A stretch of 64,000 bases of DNA. Origin: Verrucomicrobiota bacterium (GTDB lineage: Bacteria > Verrucomicrobiota > Verrucomicrobiia > Limisphaerales > Palsa-1400). Location of the stretch: positions 27,901 through 91,900 of the forward strand of contig JBEKDI010000003.1 in the NCBI GenBank assembly GCA_050014435.1, given 5' to 3'. The notes beneath the pieces were generated by a model. The model searched no databases. It was not told the origin of the DNA and was given only the letters and a program-made list of their open reading frames with translations. Below are positions 44,290 through 52,822 of this stretch, piece after piece. A program made the translations under genes and the position numbers. Each line of letters opens with the position of its first letter. The stretch's first letter is position 1.

Positions 44290-46221
44290 TCATGATACGC
44301 AAGCACAGATCTCCGACATTTTAAAAATACCCTTTGGCTCGTCAATAAATTGACGATGCCACAATTCCAAAACCAGCAGTGAGAAAACCTCCTTGGCGAA
44401 CTTGCCGTCGCGGGAATTCGCTTCCAGCAAGCGGATTATTCCCACCTTTTCAAAATAACCGCGGGACAAACAACGATCGGAAAGCAGCACATCCCCAACC
44501 CGCGGCTTGAGTTGGGAGCGCAACCACGATTCGTAAGGCACCGGGAATCCCGCCTTTTTCCGCCGGATGACCTCGGGCGGAAGCACCCCGGCAAAGGCGC
44601 TTTTCAAAATGCGTTTGGTCTCCCGCCCGCGCACCTTGAAATCGGGCGGCAAAGACGCGGCAAATTCCAGCACGACATGGTCCAGCAGCGGCACGCGGAG
44701 TTCAAGGGAGTTGGCCATGGTCATTTTATCGGCCTTGACCAGCAGATCGTCCGGCAGCCAGGTCTTGGTGTCCACATACAACATCTGGTTGAGCAGGGAT
44801 TCATCGTTGACGTTCCGCGTCAGGTTCAGGATGAATCCCGCCGCGGCGACGGATGCGGTGTTGTTCAGAAATTCAGGAGTGAATAACTGCCGGGCGTGGC
44901 GATTGAAAAAAAAAGTCGGACCTGAAGTGCGGCTAAAATACTGTGAGGCTAGGGTTTGGCCCAAGGCATTGCCGTAGCGTTCGACCCGCCTGTCCCCGGA
45001 AAGGCGGCCTGCCAGCGCCGCCCCGGCCCCCGCCATCCGGGCAAAAGGACCTGCTGTGGCGCCGATTTGCTCCAAGCGCAGCATGTTTGGGTAGTTTGAA
45101 TAACCGGCGAAGGCCTCATCACCGCCTTCCCCTGACAACAAGACCTTGACATGGTTGCGCGCCAATTTTGAAACATAATAAAGAGCCACTGCAGGCGGTT
45201 CGCACACCGGTTCTTCCATGTGACTCACGTAAGCAGGCAGAAAGTTCCAGAAATCCTCCGGAGTAATGCTGATATCGAAATGCTCGGCGCCAAATTTTTG
45301 GGCCGCCAAGCGCGCATAGGGCCGTTCGTCCACGACTTGGTCGCCATCAAATCCCACCGTAAAAGTTTTGATCCGCTTGGCCGTGCCTTGAACGGCAAAG
45401 CTCAACACCGCCGACGAATCCATCCCGCCGCTGAGCAAAATACCGACAGGGACATCCGCCATCATGTGGTCGCGCACGGTCGAGGCAAGCAGGCTGCGCA
45501 ATTCTTCAACGGCGGTGTCAAAAGGCTGGGACCATCGCTCCTTGGTGAACCGCAAATCCCAGTACTGGCCGATGGTGGCCTGGCCGTTCTCCACAACCAG
45601 ACTGTGCCCGGGGAGGAGCTTTTTGATTGACCGGAATAAAGTGTCTTCACCGGGAATATAGTAAAAGGAGAGAAACTCACGGATGGCCGCAGGATCAACC
45701 ACGCGAGGCACGGCGGCGTCCGCAATGATCGCCTTGAGTTCCGATGCGAAATAGAATGCCTGGCCGGTCTGGCAGTAATAAACCGGCTTGATACCCACGC
45801 GGTCCCGGGACAGGAACAGCCGCCGGCGGTTGGCATCCCAGATGGCAAACGCAAACATCCCGCGAAGCTCACGAACACATTCCTCCCCCAAGTCCTCGTA
45901 CAAATGAATAATGACCTCGGTATCGCAATGAGAGCGGAAGATGTGTCCCTTTGCCAGGAGGCGGTCGCGCAATTCCTTGTAATTATAAATCTCCCCGTTG
46001 AAAACGATCCAAACGGTTTCATCCTCGTTGCACATCGGTTGCGAGCCGGTCCCCAGATCGATGATGGACAAGCGACAGTGGCCCAAGCCGATGTTGCCAT
46101 GCAAATGGATTCCCTGTCCATCTGGACCACGGTGGGCAATGGGATTGAGCATCGCTTGAATATCGGATCGTTGGATCCGGGCATCCGGAGCGAAGAGTAA
46201 CTTGCCGGCAATACCGCACAT
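44290..46221 (-). CDS. asnB: Asparagine synthase (glutamine-hydrolysing)-type amidotransferase
   Basis: N-terminal MCGIAG (Ntn catalytic Cys2) and SGGMDSS (PP-loop). 643 aa counted from ATG 46221. Confidence 0.85.
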   Translation of the reverse strand: MCGIAGKLLFAPDARIQRSDIQAMLNPIAHRGPDGQGIHLHGNIGLGHCRLSIIDLGTGSQPMCNEDETVWIVFNGEIYNYKELRDRLLAKGHIFRSHCDTEVIIHLYEDLGEECVRELRGMFAFAIWDANRRRLFLSRDRVGIKPVYYCQTGQAFYFASELKAIIADAAVPRVVDPAAIREFLSFYYIPGEDTLFRSIKKLLPGHSLVVENGQATIGQYWDLRFTKERWSQPFDTAVEELRSLLASTVRDHMMADVPVGILLSGGMDSSAVLSFAVQGTAKRIKTFTVGFDGDQVVDERPYARLAAQKFGAEHFDISITPEDFWNFLPAYVSHMEEPVCEPPAVALYYVSKLARNHVKVLLSGEGGDEAFAGYSNYPNMLRLEQIGATAGPFARMAGAGAALAGRLSGDRRVERYGNALGQTLASQYFSRTSGPTFFFNRHARQLFTPEFLNNTASVAAAGFILNLTRNVNDESLLNQMLYVDTKTWLPDDLLVKADKMTMANSLELRVPLLDHVVLEFAASLPPDFKVRGRETKRILKSAFAGVLPPEVIRRKKAGFPVPYESWLRSQLKPRVGDVLLSDRCLSRGYFEKVGIIRLLEANSRDGKFAKEVFSLLVLELWHRQFIDEPKGIFKMSEICACVS

Positions 46222-46253
46222 ATTAGAGTTCTTCGTCGATTTTTGACACCTGC

Positions 46254-47141
46254 CTAATTGCTCCTGATTGTCCACAAACTGCTGCGCAGGGTCAATCGGC
46301 GGATTTGTTGCTCCTGAAAGTACCTTATAAACTCCTCGTCCTCAACTTGGGGGACTCTCTTGATATAGCCACTCAAGAACCCCGCCATCAACCCTATTGA
46401 ACTAATCGCGTACGGCTTGCAGATGAAGCGGCGGATGCACTTGAAAAACATAAAGAGGGGATGATAGCCAGCGGTGTAATTGGCAAGTCCATTTTTAAAC
46501 CAGTCCTTCCACACGCCCTGAGCCTGGCCGGCCGGGCGGTGGTGGTGGATCCGAATATCCGGAAAGCTATAGGTGACCCAGCCAAGCATGTTGGCCTTGA
46601 CCTCGTCCACCGTGTCCCAGCCAGGAGCGCGAATCAGCCCGCCAATTTGCTCCCAGCATCGCTTCCGATAAATCTTTGTGGCACCCCTCACGTGGAAGGC
46701 TGGGTCAACGGTTGACTCCGGAATAAGCTGTCCGCTAACTTCTTTGCAAACCGTTCCGCCTCCGATGCCAAGCTTTGGATCCTTCTCAAAGCGGGCGAAG
46801 CATCGTTCGAAGTAATCTGGGGAAAACGACAGGTCGCCATCCAGTTTGATAACAAATTCCCATTCGGCCACACCGATTTCAGTAAAGCCGTCGTAAAAGG
46901 CGTCGATGACGCCGCCGCCAGGCTTGCGATAACCGCGATCTGCTCGATCCACTATGCGTATCCAGTCAGATTGAGCGGCAGCCTTTTTCGCAACCTGACC
47001 AGTTCCATCGGTGGAGCCATCATTGACGATTACCATAATCGTCGGGCGCAGCGTCTGGCTGCGGACCGATTCAATGGTAAAGTCCAGAAAATCCTCTTCG
47101 TTGCGAACTGGACAAATGATGACATAAGGGAATGTGCTCAC
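46254..47141 (-). CDS. Family 2 glycosyltransferase
   Basis: VIICPVRNEEDFLDFTIESV, VNDGSTDGT, KLDGDLSF (DxD). GTG start overlaps the upstream stop (GTGA at 47138-47141). Confidence 0.8.
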   Translation of the reverse strand: MSTFPYVIICPVRNEEDFLDFTIESVRSQTLRPTIMVIVNDGSTDGTGQVAKKAAAQSDWIRIVDRADRGYRKPGGGVIDAFYDGFTEIGVAEWEFVIKLDGDLSFSPDYFERCFARFEKDPKLGIGGGTVCKEVSGQLIPESTVDPAFHVRGATKIYRKRCWEQIGGLIRAPGWDTVDEVKANMLGWVTYSFPDIRIHHHRPAGQAQGVWKDWFKNGLANYTAGYHPLFMFFKCIRRFICKPYAISSIGLMAGFLSGYIKRVPQVEDEEFIRYFQEQQIRRLTLRSSLWTIRSN

Positions 47142-48280
47142 TTGCTTGGACGGCTACCAATGGTTAGCAGGGTGCCAAGGGTGTTGCGATCAGCCAGGAA
47201 GGACTGATGCTCAATTTTTTCCTGGAAGAAACCGAAGGTCCCAAATCCAAACCGGTCCTTGTTTTGCGCGACAAACTCCAAAAAAGGGCGAAGGCTTCTC
47301 TCGTTGAGTGAATTGAAGAGTTTGGAGTGGCCGATCAAAATGAAAGGCAAATCGTCGGTCATGCCCGTGGTCTTGCGCTCCGCCCGATGCAGCGCGCGGA
47401 TCAATTGCCTGCCGGTGCATTGATTAAAATCCGCCTTCCATGCGTGTTTTCTTGTGACCTGAGACAATCTGCCGGCCAAACCGGACGGACGAACCGGGCT
47501 TGTCAGGCCGAAGGAGGCATGGCCCGAAGGCGGGTGGTCAACACGATGCCGCGCGCTTTGCGCGAGCCGGTAAACTCGATTGGGCGCAAGAAACGCCCCG
47601 ATCCAACGCTTCTCTGAATAAATGGGGAATTCCCATAATCGGCTCCGATTATCCTGCAAGCACAGGTCCTCTTCGCTCGCCAGCCAGGGAACAATCTCGC
47701 TCTGGGCCTTGGAATAATCGAACGTCACCAACCCGGTGCGGCGGCCATATTTGAATATGGAGGTGTCAATTTCAATCTCGTTGTCCACAAGGGCCTTCAC
47801 CACGTTTTGGGACGGGCTGACGGACCAATTGGCCGCGCGAAACGCGATGCAACGATAGGCGGAATTGACCGGCTTGAGAATGGATTCCAGGAACTCCCTG
47901 CCTTCCTTGATCATCCCGGACATTCGATCCAGACTGAGCCGCGCGAAATCGTATTCCCCCCAGTCCTGGACCCATTGGCGCCCGTTATGGGTCGCATTGA
48001 AGTAGGAGGAATGAATGTGCAATTGCACATCATGCCCGCGCGCAACGGCCTCTTGCAATTGGGAGACAATATCCTGGTAGTGGTAATCATCCCTTTTCTG
48101 CTTTTCGGCGTATTCCTTGAATTTTAGAATTTCCGCAATGTCAGCCATGATCGTCAGTTTGGCCCCGTAATTGTCAAACAACCGCAGCAGGCGCCCCGTC
48201 GGCTCAGTCATCAGCTCGCGCGGGCAGCCTTCCCCGTTCCCATGGATCTCATAATCGAGAGTGAAGATGACTTTTAACAT
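47138..48280 (-). CDS. Hypothetical protein, possibly carbohydrate esterase/deacetylase-like
   Basis: MLKVIFTLDYEIHGNGEG... and HDVQLHIHS suggest a metal-dependent (beta/alpha) barrel esterase, but this is weak. ATG 48280 was chosen to avoid overlap with wecB. Confidence 0.35.
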   Translation of the reverse strand: MLKVIFTLDYEIHGNGEGCPRELMTEPTGRLLRLFDNYGAKLTIMADIAEILKFKEYAEKQKRDDYHYQDIVSQLQEAVARGHDVQLHIHSSYFNATHNGRQWVQDWGEYDFARLSLDRMSGMIKEGREFLESILKPVNSAYRCIAFRAANWSVSPSQNVVKALVDNEIEIDTSIFKYGRRTGLVTFDYSKAQSEIVPWLASEEDLCLQDNRSRLWEFPIYSEKRWIGAFLAPNRVYRLAQSARHRVDHPPSGHASFGLTSPVRPSGLAGRLSQVTRKHAWKADFNQCTGRQLIRALHRAERKTTGMTDDLPFILIGHSKLFNSLNERSLRPFLEFVAQNKDRFGFGTFGFFQEKIEHQSFLADRNTLGTLLTIGSRPSK

Positions 48281-48293
48281 GCCTGTCGGTGAA

Positions 48294-49442
48294 TCAGGAG
48301 AGGTGGCGCTGACGGATGATCTGATCTTGCTCAATAAGAGCCTCAATAATTCTTGCCGAGGCATTTCCGTCCCAGAGGGGAGGAATCCGGCCCTTCTCCT
48401 TCCCGGCGCTGAGAATCTCTTCAATATCGGCCGACAGCCGGCTCAACTGCGTCAGCCGGTTACTGCCCAGGGTGATCGTGACCGGTCGTTCGGTGTTCGG
48501 GCGCAAAGTCAGGCAGGGCGTCTTGAAAAACGTGCTCTCCTCCTGAAGCCCGCCGGAGTCGGTGAGGATCAACCGGGCGTTTTGCGTCAGGCAAATCGAA
48601 TCGTAGTAACCGATGGGCTCGAGCACCTTGAACATGCCGTTGCTGGCCGGCATAATTCCGAATTGCGCGAGCATTTTTCGCGTCCGCGGGTGCATGGGGA
48701 ACACCACAGGCAACCGATGCGCCAGCTTCTCCAAATTAACAATAATTTCGCCCAGGCTGTCCTTGTCATCCACGTTTGCAGGGCGGTGCAGGGTCACATA
48801 AGCAAAGAATTTGCTGTGCAATCCGAGATCCTTCATAATGGGACTGCTCTCCGCCTTGGCCAAATTGGCGGAAAGGGTGTCTATCATGACATTTCCAACC
48901 AGCTTGATTTTCGACTCCGCAACCCCTTCGCGCTTGAGGTTTTCGTCCGCATCGGAGGACGGCGTCAGGAGAAGGTCGGCCAGGGCGTCTGTCACAATGC
49001 GGTTTATCTCCTCGGGCATCGTCCGGTCATAACTGCGGAGTCCTGCTTCGACATGGGCAACCTTGATGCCCATCTTTGCGCAAACCAGCGTGCAAGCCAT
49101 CGTGGAATTGACATCACCCACCACGATGACCCAATCGGGAGCCTGCGCCAGGCAGACCTCTTCAAATTTGCACATGACATTGGCTGTTTGCAGGGCGTGG
49201 GAGCCTGAACCTATGCCCAAATTGATGTGCGGGGCTGGAATGCCCAGCTCCTGAAAAAATATATCGGACATTTTCTGGTCGTAGTGTTGTCCGGTGTGAA
49301 CCAACTGCCAATCCAGATAGACCCCGCCCTTGCCGCGACCGGCATTGTGGGCTTCGGCCGCTTTGATCAACGGGGCCACCTTCATGAAATTCGGCCTGGC
49401 CCCGGCAATGACGAGCAATTTGATGGCAGGCGATTGGGTCAT
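48294..49442 (-). CDS. wecB: UDP-N-acetylglucosamine 2-epimerase (non-hydrolysing; WecB/WbpI-like)
   Basis: KLLVIAGARPNFMKVAPL, HTGQHYD, VGDVNST, HVEAGLRS, TDSGGLQEE. Confidence 0.9.
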   Translation of the reverse strand: MTQSPAIKLLVIAGARPNFMKVAPLIKAAEAHNAGRGKGGVYLDWQLVHTGQHYDQKMSDIFFQELGIPAPHINLGIGSGSHALQTANVMCKFEEVCLAQAPDWVIVVGDVNSTMACTLVCAKMGIKVAHVEAGLRSYDRTMPEEINRIVTDALADLLLTPSSDADENLKREGVAESKIKLVGNVMIDTLSANLAKAESSPIMKDLGLHSKFFAYVTLHRPANVDDKDSLGEIIVNLEKLAHRLPVVFPMHPRTRKMLAQFGIMPASNGMFKVLEPIGYYDSICLTQNARLILTDSGGLQEESTFFKTPCLTLRPNTERPVTITLGSNRLTQLSRLSADIEEILSAGKEKGRIPPLWDGNASARIIEALIEQDQIIRQRHLS

Positions 49443-49471
49443 GATGAATAAGCCTGGTATTTGGCCCCGAC

Positions 49472-52400
49472 TCAATTATACCCCCGCATGATTGCGGCGC
49501 TGCCCGCCAGGTCCTCAATGGTGTTGACAATATGGCGGAGGGTCTCGCTGGACTGCCCGTTGGAGTTGGCCGGCGGCGGACGTTTTTCCAACCGGATTTT
49601 CACGGCAAGTTCCGCCGCGGATTTAATCAGAATCAAGCGGCCCGTTTGCTCGAGGTGCCGGTCAATCGCCCCGATGGCGCCCAGAAAGATACTGTACACT
49701 GGAACCCCGAGGGCGGTTGCCTCCCGATTCATCGTGCCACCGCCGCTGACCAACAGGTCGGAATGCCAGATCAAATTCAGGCCGCCCACAACGGCAGGTG
49801 GAATCACCGTTTTATTGTTCTCGAACCAACGGGGCCAATGGCTGCGAATGAACTCGCTTTGATGCTGATTTCGAGGAAGGAGTACGAGCCGGGTCTTGGG
49901 GGATTGGCAGGCGTAATCCATAAAACTGGTAAAGAGTTTTTCGCTCTCAGGGTTGTGATAATGCGCCTCCGTCGCGGGTGGGCGAACGGTGACAATCACA
50001 TCCGATTGGCTCAAACCCAATTCCTGCAAGATGCTGTGATTCGGGTGGAACTTCCAGACATAGGCATCCTCTTTTATTCCCGGATAGCGGAAAATGTGCT
50101 GGTGATCACGGCATAGCACCTCGTCTGGTATGACCGAGGGCACCATCTCCCAGGTTGGGCGCATCAAGGGCGGGTATTTGGCATACTCATAATCGGCCAA
50201 AAGGAGGCTGGGAATGCCCAAGGCATTGCTGATAATAATTTGTGAGCGCGCGCCGTGAGAAAGGCTCAAGGCCGGCTTCTCCCGCAAAGCGAACGGAGCC
50301 AATTGCATCGCCCGGATCAGCAGCCCGGCCACCTTCAACCCCGGATTCTTGCCGTAGTGCCGGCCCACTCGCGTGTAAGAGAGCTTCATTTGATCGGCAA
50401 GTTCGCACACCTGAAAAGCGTCCCGCGCCGTTACGAACACAGGATAGCCCCGTGACCGCAATTCATCCATAATCGGCTCGAAAAAAACAACGTGCGGCGT
50501 GTTGTCCAAGTCGATCCAAATTTTCGGCTTTGCTTTGACGACGGCCTTGTTAAGTCGTTCAACGCCAGCCATGTCCATCCCGCGCGGCTGGTCACGTGCC
50601 AGGGATGACGGCGCGGCGATTTTCTTTTCGAGAAGGTTTTGCACCAGCCCGCCGAAATGAACTTCTTCCAAGTCCCAGCAATGTTTTTTGTACACTTCCC
50701 GTCCCCGCTCCATTATTTGTTGCAATGGCGCTGGATGTTGAGCGGCCCACTCTATTTTTGCGGCCAGATCGTCGACGTTCCCCGCCTCAAAACACAAAAT
50801 ATTTTCGTCAGTAAAATAGTCCTTGATGCCTTTTGTCCGGGGCACAAGCACCGGCTTGTTCATGGCCAGACATTCAAAGATGCGCGTCGGCATATTGATC
50901 TGCGTGAATGGACTCAAGCGGTTGGGAATCAAGCCCAAATCTATCGTGGTCAGGGCTTGGGCAATTGCCTGCAAAGACTTAAAACCCTTGTACTGCACGG
51001 CATCTTGCAATCCCAGGTCCCGCACGACTCTCATCACACCATCCATGTAATCCGACGGACTGCCGTAAATATGCAATTGAATGCCAGGCACCTTCTCAAC
51101 AACCTTGGCCATGGCATGAACCGCCAAATCCAATCCGTGACGCTCCACCAGGAGACCATGATACATCAGGGTGAACGATTTCTCCCTGGCTATTTGTGGC
51201 TGGAAAACGCATGTCTCAGGATTGAAAAACCTCTGGCTCGGCGAGTTCATGACGATGTCAGTCTTCTGCGGCGGGCAACCTCGGGAAATGAAAAGGTCCC
51301 TGAAGGCTGTGTTTGGCGTCAGCACAAGATCAGCAAAGGCGATGCTCCGTCTTTCCATGAACTTGAGCCATCGCAACAGCCAATGATCTTCAGCAAGGCC
51401 ATAAATGGTGCGGAACAACTCCGGCATGGGATCATGCAGATCCAGGATCACCTTGGCCCCGCGCAGGCGCGGCAGCCAGGCGCTGAACACCAGGCAATCC
51501 GGCATGTTATGCACATGCACCAGCCGATAGCGCCTTCTCAGGGCCAGGGTTGACAAAAGAAGAAACGAAGCGGTCCAAAACCAAGCGTATTGAAAGGCAT
51601 AGACAATCTTCCCGGACCTGCGCCGGCGCAATGGGATTTTGTAAACATTGACCCCGTCGATTTTTTCGCTGAGCTTGGAGCCCCTCTCCTCACCGATGGA
51701 GATGACATCAACCTCCATGCCCCGCTTGACCAGGGCTTCAGCCTCTTCTCTCGGCCGCGCGTCTGAAGCATAATCGCCGTACAAAATGACCGCCGCCCGC
51801 ATCGACTTAAACGGCTGTTTGGCGGGCGATGCCGGCATGAAGCACTGATCCACAAAGGCACATTTCTGCGCCGGTCTTTCCGCGACCGGCGCGTGCTTGT
51901 TCCGATGCCAGGCAGCCAGATCCTTCGGCAACACATGCCAATATGCCCCGGGATATCGCTCGGCCACGTGCTTCAGAAAGCTTTCATAAAACTCCACCGG
52001 ATAAGTGCGCTTTGTGGCCCGTTCCCCCGCAAAGCAAAGGTAGTCCGGATGCACATCGATCAGAGCCATGCCCCGGTTCCGGGCGATCCAATCCAGTTTC
52101 TGAAACCAGATGTTGGGCGAAGTCTCTCCGAGCAATAGGAACAGTGTCGAATCTTGTGGCAGTGTATAAGGCAGTTCCAGATAGCCTTTACCCGCCCCCT
52201 GGGAAACCCAAAAAGGAAAGATCGTCCCTATATTGTCGGGCTGGGGCTCATAGGGATCGGTGTCGAAAGTCGAAGCGTCATATTGGATGTCAAGATCATG
52301 CAGCCATTCCAAGTTATGCAGCATGAAGCCGGAACGAAAACCCACCGCGCCCCACTCTTTGAGGTGCTGATTAATCTGAAGGGCCTTCTGGGTGAATGCC

Positions 52401-52807
52401 AGTCGGCTTTGATAAAGCCTCCCGTCGTGATGCAAATCATGGATGCCGGTTTCAAATCCATTGCGAGTCAGACACTCCCTCAATTCACGACCGATCCGAT
52501 AGTCTCCTTCCGGGATGAAATTGAATGAGGAACGAAAACCGTATTTCATTTCCAATTGCATCAATTGCCGGCACTTGCCAACCCCCGTTGGCCCCTCCAC
52601 GTCATGCGTCAGGACAAAAGCGAATTGCTTGTCGTGTGGCCAGCCGGGCCAGCCGTCTGGCGGCCGTTCCGAGCCGGGCAGAATCGGCCAAATGTCCCCC
52701 GAATGCCTGCGTTGCCGCCGGGCAATCCACTTGCGTACAATCTGCCGCGCCCCCGCAGGGATCAGAGGCTTGAGATCGTAATAGAGTCTGTTTCGAAACC
52801 CGGGCAT
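49472..52807 (-). CDS. 1,111-aa three-domain fusion: esterase/deacetylase-like + GT4 glycosyltransferase + DUF354-like GT-B domain
   Basis: aa ~60-260: FAFVLTHDVEGPTG...IHDLHHDG...DVHPDY (deacetylase-like metal motifs). aa ~336-715: GT4-like (VHVHNMP, ILDLHDP, MYHGLL, FECLAMNKPVLVP). aa ~760-1111: KIWIDLDNTPHVVFFEPIMDELRSRGYPVFVTARD...GGGTMNREATALGVPVYS, which resembles DUF354. Confidence 0.7.
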   Translation of the reverse strand: MPGFRNRLYYDLKPLIPAGARQIVRKWIARRQRRHSGDIWPILPGSERPPDGWPGWPHDKQFAFVLTHDVEGPTGVGKCRQLMQLEMKYGFRSSFNFIPEGDYRIGRELRECLTRNGFETGIHDLHHDGRLYQSRLAFTQKALQINQHLKEWGAVGFRSGFMLHNLEWLHDLDIQYDASTFDTDPYEPQPDNIGTIFPFWVSQGAGKGYLELPYTLPQDSTLFLLLGETSPNIWFQKLDWIARNRGMALIDVHPDYLCFAGERATKRTYPVEFYESFLKHVAERYPGAYWHVLPKDLAAWHRNKHAPVAERPAQKCAFVDQCFMPASPAKQPFKSMRAAVILYGDYASDARPREEAEALVKRGMEVDVISIGEERGSKLSEKIDGVNVYKIPLRRRRSGKIVYAFQYAWFWTASFLLLSTLALRRRYRLVHVHNMPDCLVFSAWLPRLRGAKVILDLHDPMPELFRTIYGLAEDHWLLRWLKFMERRSIAFADLVLTPNTAFRDLFISRGCPPQKTDIVMNSPSQRFFNPETCVFQPQIAREKSFTLMYHGLLVERHGLDLAVHAMAKVVEKVPGIQLHIYGSPSDYMDGVMRVVRDLGLQDAVQYKGFKSLQAIAQALTTIDLGLIPNRLSPFTQINMPTRIFECLAMNKPVLVPRTKGIKDYFTDENILCFEAGNVDDLAAKIEWAAQHPAPLQQIMERGREVYKKHCWDLEEVHFGGLVQNLLEKKIAAPSSLARDQPRGMDMAGVERLNKAVVKAKPKIWIDLDNTPHVVFFEPIMDELRSRGYPVFVTARDAFQVCELADQMKLSYTRVGRHYGKNPGLKVAGLLIRAMQLAPFALREKPALSLSHGARSQIIISNALGIPSLLLADYEYAKYPPLMRPTWEMVPSVIPDEVLCRDHQHIFRYPGIKEDAYVWKFHPNHSILQELGLSQSDVIVTVRPPATEAHYHNPESEKLFTSFMDYACQSPKTRLVLLPRNQHQSEFIRSHWPRWFENNKTVIPPAVVGGLNLIWHSDLLVSGGGTMNREATALGVPVYSIFLGAIGAIDRHLEQTGRLILIKSAAELAVKIRLEKRPPPANSNGQSSETLRHIVNTIEDLAGSAAIMRGYN

Positions 52808-52822
52808 GGCAGGGCTATCGTG

